A DNA stretch of 63,922 nucleotides, filler included, from Deltaproteobacteria bacterium (GTDB taxonomy: Bacteria; JAUYMQ01), in NCBI GenBank assembly GCA_030698575.1. It is 7 parts of 7 records of this genome, joined end to end, with 100 filler letters (N's around TTAATTAATTAA, not from the genome) between each part and the next. Parts side by side here need not be neighbours in the genome. Positions count along the whole stretch, not along the records: positions 54,347 to 60,954 come from JAUYMQ010000357.1; positions 61,055 to 63,922 come from JAUYMQ010000360.1; 5 more parts are not named here. One strand, 5' to 3'. Under the pieces are notes generated by a model that searched no databases, was not told the origin of the DNA, and saw only the letters and a program-made list of their open reading frames with translations. Both the position numbers and the translations under genes were made by a program. Below are positions 58,404 to 63,922 of this stretch, in pieces (position 1 is the stretch's first letter; every line of letters begins with the position of its first letter).

Positions 58404-58598
58404 ATGGCCGAGGTGAAAGTCAGGCGCTGCATGGTGTGCGCCAAGGAATACGAGATGGCGGGCTCGATCTGCGAGACCTGCAACGCGAAGATCCGCGGCG
58501 AGGCCGCGGGCAAGAAGGAGGGGCTCCGCAAGGAGGCCGAGCGCGAAATCAAGCGGGCGGGCGTGAGCACCGAAACGCACAAACCGGAGAAGAAATGA
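58404..58598 (+). CDS. Small putative zinc-finger protein (64 aa)
   Basis: AAGGAG RBS, CMVC-x10-CETC, and an ATGA overlap with the next gene. Confidence 0.7.
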   Translation: MAEVKVRRCMVCAKEYEMAGSICETCNAKIRGEAAGKKEGLRKEAEREIKRAGVSTETHKPEKK

Positions 58599-59494
58599 TG
58601 CCTCAGGACGCCACACAGGCGCCCGCCGCTGGAGGCGGCGGCCGGGTTCTCGCGCTCCTCGAGAAGCTTGGCACGGCCGTGTTCCCGGGCGTCTATGACG
58701 CGGTGAGCGCCAAACTCGCCGAACAGGCGGGCTTCGAGATGATCTTCATCTCGGGCTACAGCGTCTCCGCCGCGCGGCTCGGTGAGCCTGACTTCGGCCT
58801 GGTCACCCAGAGCGAGATGGTCGAGGCCGCGCGATCTGTATGCCGCTCCGTGCGAGTGCCTGTCATCGTCGATGCCGACACGGGCTACGGCAACGCGTTG
58901 AACGTCATGCGAACGGTAAAGGATCTTATCGCCGCGGGCGCGGCGGGAATGTTTCTGGAAGATCAGGTCTGGCCCAAGCGCTGTGGTCACATGAAAGGGA
59001 AGAAGATCGTCCCGATGGAGGAATATCTCCAGAAGATCCGCGCGGCCGTGGATGCGCGCGCCGGGCGCGACTTCTTCATCGTTGCGCGCACCGACGCGAA
59101 TCAGGCGGTGGGGCTCGAGGAGGCCATCCGCCGGGTGAAGGCGGCGCGAGACGCGGGCGCGGACGCCGCCTTCGTCGAGGCGCCGAACTCGATCGAGGAA
59201 CTGCGGGCCGTTGCGAGCGCGGTGCCGCCACCCCTCGTGGCGAACATGCTCGAGCGGGGGATCACGCCGCTTCTCACCCGGGAGGAGCTGCGCGAGCTGG
59301 GTTACGCCCTCGCCGTCTGCCCGCTCACCGGTCTCTACGCGGCCGCGAAGGCGATGAAGGAGATCTTCGCCGAGCTGCGCGCGAACGGTACCACGCGCGG
59401 CGCGCTCGACAAGCTCATCACCTTCGACGAGTTTCACGATCTTGTCGGCCTCGAAGAAAAATACGCCCTCGACGCGAAGTACGCGGCGGACTGA
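58595..59494 (+). CDS. Isocitrate lyase/PEP mutase-family enzyme (methylisocitrate lyase-like)
   Basis: ISGY, VDADTGYG, LEDQVWPKRCGH, VARTDA, GADAAFVEAP. Confidence 0.9.
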   Translation: MMPQDATQAPAAGGGGRVLALLEKLGTAVFPGVYDAVSAKLAEQAGFEMIFISGYSVSAARLGEPDFGLVTQSEMVEAARSVCRSVRVPVIVDADTGYGNALNVMRTVKDLIAAGAAGMFLEDQVWPKRCGHMKGKKIVPMEEYLQKIRAAVDARAGRDFFIVARTDANQAVGLEEAIRRVKAARDAGADAAFVEAPNSIEELRAVASAVPPPLVANMLERGITPLLTREELRELGYALAVCPLTGLYAAAKAMKEIFAELRANGTTRGALDKLITFDEFHDLVGLEEKYALDAKYAAD

Positions 59495-59528
59495 TCCGCG
59501 AGGCCGGGTGCTCCAGGACAGGCTCAGA

Positions 59529-60593
59529 ATGCTTCTGGGAAGAATCACACCGGCGATATTCTTGATCTGCGCGGTGCTCTCGCTTTCACCCACTCTGGCG
59601 CATGCGGTGGCGGGTCCCGACTCGGTCGCCGTCATCGCCAATACCCACATCGATCAGAGCAAGGCGCTCGCGGCGCACTACGCGGCGGCCCGCCAGATCC
59701 CGGCGCGGCAGGTCTGCGAGATCAACGTTCCGATCCCGCCCTACGATCCCACCCCCGTTCCTTCAGGCCAGTACTTCTCCCAGAAGCGGACCTTCCTCAG
59801 CGTGCCCGAGTTTCGCACCTACGTGGTGGGCGGGCTCGAGCAGTGCCTGGGCGAGCGGGCGCTCGAGCGGATCGAGGCCGTGGTCATCGCGCGCGGAGTC
59901 CCCTTGATGGTGGGAATTTCAGTGGGCTTCGGATTTCAGTTCCCCTCGCTGGCCGCGACCCTTTCCGTCTGGAAATCCAAAACCCTGAACGGCGAGGATC
60001 TCATCGATCTCCGTCCCATGCTCGTGGAGCCCATCTGCGATCCCGCCTCGATCAACTGCCTGGCCCGATGGCGGAACCCCCTCAAGGGAGCGCCGGAGGT
60101 CTTTTCGCCCGGCTGGTCCGGCGCCTCGATTTCGGAAGAGGGGGTCCCCTTCGAGGGCAAGCCGCTCATGGTCACGATGCTCCACGGCCTGAGCTACGGT
60201 GTCGACGCGAGCGGCAACCCCGAGGTCGACCCCCTGGGACCCGCGACGAATCTCATCGACAGCGCGCTGGCTGCCGAGGCGGCCGGCGGCGCGTCGGGGA
60301 AGTTCCTCTTCATGCGGAGCAGCGACGTGTACCGCGGCATCCTCGACGTCGAGTACGAGGGGATCGTCGGGGGCCTGTCGCAGCGCGGATTCACGGACGC
60401 CGCCATCGTGGACTTCAGCAAGACGCACACCGGCGAGACGCTGGCCTCGTTCTTCGTCGGCACCGCCGATCTCGGCACCTACGATCCGATGGGAGGCAGC
60501 TCGACGATTGAGGGCAATACCTATGCACCGGGCGCCCTCGTCGACAACCTGACGAGCCTGGGCGCATCGCCCCCGAATTTTCCAACAAACTGA
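59529..60593 (+). CDS. TIGR03790-like exported protein, probably C-terminally truncated
   Basis: Signal peptide, GPDSVAVIAN...S..LAAHYAAARQIP..QVC, RGVPL, PGALVDNLTS.G. It stops shortly after that last motif. Confidence 0.6.
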   Translation: MLLGRITPAIFLICAVLSLSPTLAHAVAGPDSVAVIANTHIDQSKALAAHYAAARQIPARQVCEINVPIPPYDPTPVPSGQYFSQKRTFLSVPEFRTYVVGGLEQCLGERALERIEAVVIARGVPLMVGISVGFGFQFPSLAATLSVWKSKTLNGEDLIDLRPMLVEPICDPASINCLARWRNPLKGAPEVFSPGWSGASISEEGVPFEGKPLMVTMLHGLSYGVDASGNPEVDPLGPATNLIDSALAAEAAGGASGKFLFMRSSDVYRGILDVEYEGIVGGLSQRGFTDAAIVDFSKTHTGETLASFFVGTADLGTYDPMGGSSTIEGNTYAPGALVDNLTSLGASPPNFPTN

Positions 60594-60606
60594 ACAAGTC
60601 AATAAG

Positions 60607-60954
60607 TCAAGCCTGACCCCGGTTCAACAACCAGAGGCCGATGGCCAGGAGGGCGATCGCGGCGATCTTCTGCGCCACGATGGCGCGGCTCGTCTGCTCG
60701 ACGATGAGGCCCGGGCGCAGCCGCGCGAGGATCGCGCTGAAGAGCAGGACAAAGAAACCGCCCACGCCGCTCAGCGCCGCGACGACGGCCACCGGCCCGG
60801 TCTGCAGCGCCCGCGTCAGGAAGAGAAAGCCCGAGATGCTCAGGAGCACCGTCGTAGCAATGATGAGGTGCGTGCCGGCGTCGTGACCGCGCAGCGTGGC
60901 GGCGAGGCGCCGGCGCGGGCCCGGGGCCAGGAGCGCCACACCCGCCGCCGCGAC
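60607..60954 (-). CDS. EamA/DMT-family transporter, 5' truncated
   Basis: RALQTGPVAVVAALS...FVLLFS...QKIAAIALLAIGLWLL. Confidence 0.7.
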   Translation of the reverse strand, partial: VAAAGVALLAPGPRRRLAATLRGHDAGTHLIIATTVLLSISGFLFLTRALQTGPVAVVAALSGVGGFFVLLFSAILARLRPGLIVEQTSRAIVAQKIAAIALLAIGLWLLNRGQA

Positions 60955-61054
60955 NNNNNNNNNNNNNNNNNNNNNNNNNNNNNNNNNNNNNNNNNNNNTT
61001 AATTAATTAANNNNNNNNNNNNNNNNNNNNNNNNNNNNNNNNNNNNNNNNNNNN
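60955..61054. other. Artificial contig spacer
   Basis: N44-TTAATTAATTAA-N44. Confidence 0.99.
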
Positions 61055-61438
61055 CCGGGCGGGGGCCTCGGAATGAGCGACCTCATCATGCGCCGCGGCG
61101 CCGATCGTGAAGAGGTGCTCCGGCGTGTGCACTTCCCGGCGGGCTCCGACGGCAATCTCGACATACCCGAGAACGTCTATGACGCCGACGTCTACGCGGA
61201 TCTCATGCGAAAGGCGGGCCTGGAGGACGTGCGTGTCGACACCGTCACCGACCGCACGCTTCTCGGCTTCATCGAGCACCTCGAGGGGGTGGCTCGCGCA
61301 AACCTCGACGGCAAAGGGCCGCGCCGAATGAAGATCGCACAAATTTTGCGCGACTACCTGACGATCGGCATGGACTACGTGCTCGTGGGGGCCCGGAAAC
61401 CGCGGCGCCAGGGCCGCGCCGGGAAACCCATTATTTAG
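61055..61438 (+). CDS. Class I SAM methyltransferase (paralog 1), 5' truncated
   Basis: PGGGLGMSDL...VHFP.GS.G.LD.PENVYD, TDRTL, DYVLVGARK. Clearly paralogous to the next gene. Confidence 0.85.
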   Translation, partial: PGGGLGMSDLIMRRGADREEVLRRVHFPAGSDGNLDIPENVYDADVYADLMRKAGLEDVRVDTVTDRTLLGFIEHLEGVARANLDGKGPRRMKIAQILRDYLTIGMDYVLVGARKPRRQGRAGKPII

Positions 61439-61453
61439 AACTGGAGCAGCAAG

Positions 61454-62296
61454 ATGCTATCGGAGAAGACCAAGGGGATTGCCGAGAATTACGCAGCTCG
61501 CCACGAGTTCGGCTGGGTCATCTTCGACAAGAAGCCCTACGGCAACTATGGCCTGTGGGAGAAGCCGGAGACCACTTTCGACGAAGCGCGTGACGCGCTG
61601 ACGGAAGCCGTGGCAAGAGCGGCCGGTGTCAAGGCGGGCGATCGGGTCCTGGAGGTCGGCTGCGGCTACGCCGCCAGCGCCGTGCACTACACAAAAGTCT
61701 TCGAGCCGGCAGCCGTTGTCGGGCTGGACGTCACCGAGGTCCGGATCGAGAAAGGGCGCGAGTACGTGGCGGCGAACGGGCTGGCCGATCGCATCCAGCT
61801 CGAAGTGGGCGATGCCACGGCCCTCGGATTTCCCTCCGAAAGGTTCAACCGGGTGATAGCTATCGAGTGCGCCCTCCATTTCGACACGCGTTACGATTTC
61901 TTCCGCGAAGCCGCGCGGGTGCTGCTTCCGGGGGGCGGACTCGGGCTGGCCGACATCGTTCTCAGGAAGGGCGCGGACCGGGAGAGTTTCCTGACCCACG
62001 TGCACTTCCCGATTGGAACCGGCGGCTCACTCGATGTACCGGATAACGTGTACGACGCCAGCGTCTACGAGAACCTGCTTCGGAAGTGCGGGTTCGAGGA
62101 CATCCGCATCGAGGATGTCACCGACCGGACCCTGGCGCCGCTCACCGATTATCTCGAGCAGCTCGGCCGGGAGACCGAGGGCGAGCGCGGGCCGCGCCGG
62201 ATAGCGGCCGCCCAGATCTACCGCGAGTACATCGAGCACGGTCTCGAGTACGTGTTCGTCTCGGCCCGTCGATCGGATGACGGCGCAAAGGCCTGA
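61454..62296 (+). CDS. Class I SAM methyltransferase (paralog 2; EryG/McyJ-like O-methyltransferase)
   Basis: YGNYGLW, VLEVGCGY, GDATAL.F, IECALHFDTR.DF.REAARVL.PGG. Confidence 0.9.
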   Translation: MLSEKTKGIAENYAARHEFGWVIFDKKPYGNYGLWEKPETTFDEARDALTEAVARAAGVKAGDRVLEVGCGYAASAVHYTKVFEPAAVVGLDVTEVRIEKGREYVAANGLADRIQLEVGDATALGFPSERFNRVIAIECALHFDTRYDFFREAARVLLPGGGLGLADIVLRKGADRESFLTHVHFPIGTGGSLDVPDNVYDASVYENLLRKCGFEDIRIEDVTDRTLAPLTDYLEQLGRETEGERGPRRIAAAQIYREYIEHGLEYVFVSARRSDDGAKA

Positions 62297-62339
62297 CTTC
62301 GAATTGCCCTGCGGGCCCCCGGCCCGCCAAGGAAGGCTC

Positions 62340-63164
62340 ATGACGTCACAGAAAACCCAGGAGATCGCCCAGCTGTATGAGGAGCGGCACAAGACGCGCA
62401 CGGACGTGTTCGGCGACCGGCCCTACGCGAACTACGGCTACTGGGTCCGGGAAGACATTCCGATCGACGAGGCTTGCGACGCCATGACCGATCTCGTGGC
62501 ACGCGCTTCCGGGCTCACGGAAGGTGACCGGGTCCTGGAGGTTGGCTGCGGCTACGGCGCGAGCGCGGTCTACTACGCCGGGAAGTTCAAGCCGTCATCC
62601 GTGGTGGGCGTCGATGTGACGGAAGTTCGCCTCAAGAGCGGCCGCGAGTATGTGAAACGCTGCGGCCTCGACGGGGTCATCGATATCCGGCTCGGCGACG
62701 CCACCGCGCTCGAGTTTCCCGACGCCTCATTCGACCGGATAATCGGCATCGAGTGCGCCTTTCACTTCGACACGCGACTCGATTTTCTGAAGGAGGCCTG
62801 CCGTGTCCTCGCGCCCGGGGGCGGGCTGGCGCTGGCGGATCTCATCCTGCGCGAGGGCGCCGACGCCGAGGCGTTCATCAAGGCCAGCCGGGTCGACAAC
62901 TACGGCCGAAGCCTGGTCGCGCAGAATGTGCATGATCGACGAATTTATCTCGAGCAACTTGTGGAAGCGGGCTTCACCGAAGCATCCGTCGAGGTGATTA
63001 CCGAACGCACGCTCGTTCCGCTGATCACGCATCTCGAGAAGGTCGCGGCGCAGCAAGCGGGCGAGAAGGCGGCTTTCAGGGCGCGCAGCGCCGCAATCGT
63101 TCGGCATTTTCTGAAGATGGGCATGGAGTACGTGCTGGTCTCGGCGCGGAAGCCTGCGGCCTGA
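62340..63164 (+). CDS. Class I SAM methyltransferase (paralog 3)
   Basis: YANYGYW, VLEVGCGYG, GDATALEF, IECAFHFDTR.DF.KEA.RVLAPGG. Confidence 0.9.
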   Translation: MTSQKTQEIAQLYEERHKTRTDVFGDRPYANYGYWVREDIPIDEACDAMTDLVARASGLTEGDRVLEVGCGYGASAVYYAGKFKPSSVVGVDVTEVRLKSGREYVKRCGLDGVIDIRLGDATALEFPDASFDRIIGIECAFHFDTRLDFLKEACRVLAPGGGLALADLILREGADAEAFIKASRVDNYGRSLVAQNVHDRRIYLEQLVEAGFTEASVEVITERTLVPLITHLEKVAAQQAGEKAAFRARSAAIVRHFLKMGMEYVLVSARKPAA

Positions 63165-63374
63165 GACGGAAGCGACGGAAGAACGCCGACAGACACAGGC
63201 AAATAGTTCATGGCGCGTGTTCACATGAACAGGCGTACATGCTACCTAAGGTAACTGGTTTCGATAAAAAGGAATTTTCCCACTCGTCCGGCCCGATTAA
63301 CCCATGGCTGGTTGCGCCGCTTTGCATGAAGATCCATCCGCGGCGTTTCCTGTTTACAGAAAGAGGTATCGAAC

Positions 63375-63922
63375 ATGTTTCGAGCCACGGTAGAAAGTCA
63401 ATTCGACCGTAGCGGAAAGAGGTCGAGGGCGAAGCAAGTACTCGACGCTTTTCGCCTGGTCCTGATGGTCCTCGGCCTCGGCGCGCTGCTGGTCGCAGCC
63501 GCCCCGACGGCCGCGCTGGCAGGCGTTCCTGCCTGTCCGGACGGCGACAGCGACGGCTACGTCGTCTGCAACGGTTGCGACTCCACCAGCAAACTCTGCG
63601 GCGAGTGCAACGACGGCGACGCCGCCATCTCGCCCGGGGACCCCGAGCTTTGCGGCACCGGCGTCGATGAGAACTGCGCCGGCGGTATCGACGAGGGTTT
63701 CGACGTCGGCGCTGCTTGCGGCGTTGACACCACCAACGCCTTCGGCACCTGCACCACGGCCGGCCTGAAGGAGTGCAGCGGCAACAAGCTGACCACGGTC
63801 TGCGTGGCCCTCGGGCCGCTCGATGTGCCCGAGCAGGAAGGCGTCACGGCAGCACACGCCTCCTGCTTCGATCAGGACGACAACGACTGCGACGGGCTCG
63901 AAGACCATCAGGAAGCTGCCTG
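63375..63922 (+). CDS. Secreted Cys/Asp-rich protein with MopE-type metal-binding repeats, 3' truncated (absent from ORF track)
   Basis: Manual translation from ATG 63375 (AAGAGG RBS): hydrophobic signal, CPDGDSDGY, ECNDGDAAISPGDPELCGTGVDENCAGGIDEG, CFDQDDNDCDGLED. No stop before the window end. Confidence 0.82.
   Translation, partial: MFRATVESQFDRSGKRSRAKQVLDAFRLVLMVLGLGALLVAAAPTAALAGVPACPDGDSDGYVVCNGCDSTSKLCGECNDGDAAISPGDPELCGTGVDENCAGGIDEGFDVGAACGVDTTNAFGTCTTAGLKECSGNKLTTVCVALGPLDVPEQEGVTAAHASCFDQDDNDCDGLEDHQEAA

Noticed and set aside
54794-60593. Genome-wide TGA recoding (Trp or Gly) or selenocysteine suggested by in-frame TGAs
   Set aside because: TGA is plainly the normal stop for many intact genes here, including ATGA overlaps. 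The two cases imply different amino acids, TGG is used freely, and no SECIS-like hairpin is evident.
4279-61054. Recurring TTAATTAATTAA flanked by N runs (six times) and ORFs that run into them
   Set aside because: Artificial contig linker. Adjacency across these spacers and ORF tails such as XXXLIN have no biological meaning.

Overview
This 63.9 kb window is not one locus. It is seven high-GC bacterial contigs joined by six artificial 100-nt spacers (N44-TTAATTAATTAA-N44), so gene adjacency is only meaningful within a contig. The gene repertoire (MJ0042 zinc-ribbon protein, REC-PilZ, TPR-GGDEF-EAL, MopE-type Cys-rich repeats) suggests a deltaproteobacteria-like (Myxococcota-related) genome or bin; that is inference. 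Contig 1 (1-4278): TCA genes icd, mdh and a two-subunit Fe-S fumarase, then a deoxyhypusine-synthase-family gene with a compact structured 5' leader resembling the speF RNA motif. Contig 2 (4379-18279): sulfatase fragment, an operon of three ArsA/Get3-family ATPases with a small partner, a PhaR-phasin fusion and a phasin, tatA, REC-PilZ, an NCS2-like permease, and a VapBC45-like TA pair beside a type ISP restriction-modification fragment. Contig 3 (18380-20980): phage head module with an N4-gp56-family major capsid protein. Contig 4 (21081-48938): metE, TPR-GGDEF-EAL, thyA-folA, oxidoreductase plus radical SAM, bolA, selO, ArsM-like methyltransferase, ClC channel, DUF2779 nuclease-like protein, ORF6N, a frameshifted GT2 and pntAB. 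Contig 5 (49039-54246): an RHS toxin-immunity pair and an IS481-like element. The RHS core carries an inserted TSP3 calcium-binding segment and an IPTL-CTERM-like membrane anchor. Contig 6 (54347-60954): HxlR-CMD, mce, sixA, an ICL/PEP-mutase-family lyase and a TIGR03790-like protein, with several premature TGA codons. Contig 7 (61055-63922): three tandem paralogous SAM methyltransferases and a Cys-rich secreted protein. The best candidates for new biology are the membrane-anchored RHS toxin, the triple Get3/ArsA-PhaR-phasin operon and the speF-like leader RNA. All family calls come from motif recognition by eye, not from database searches.
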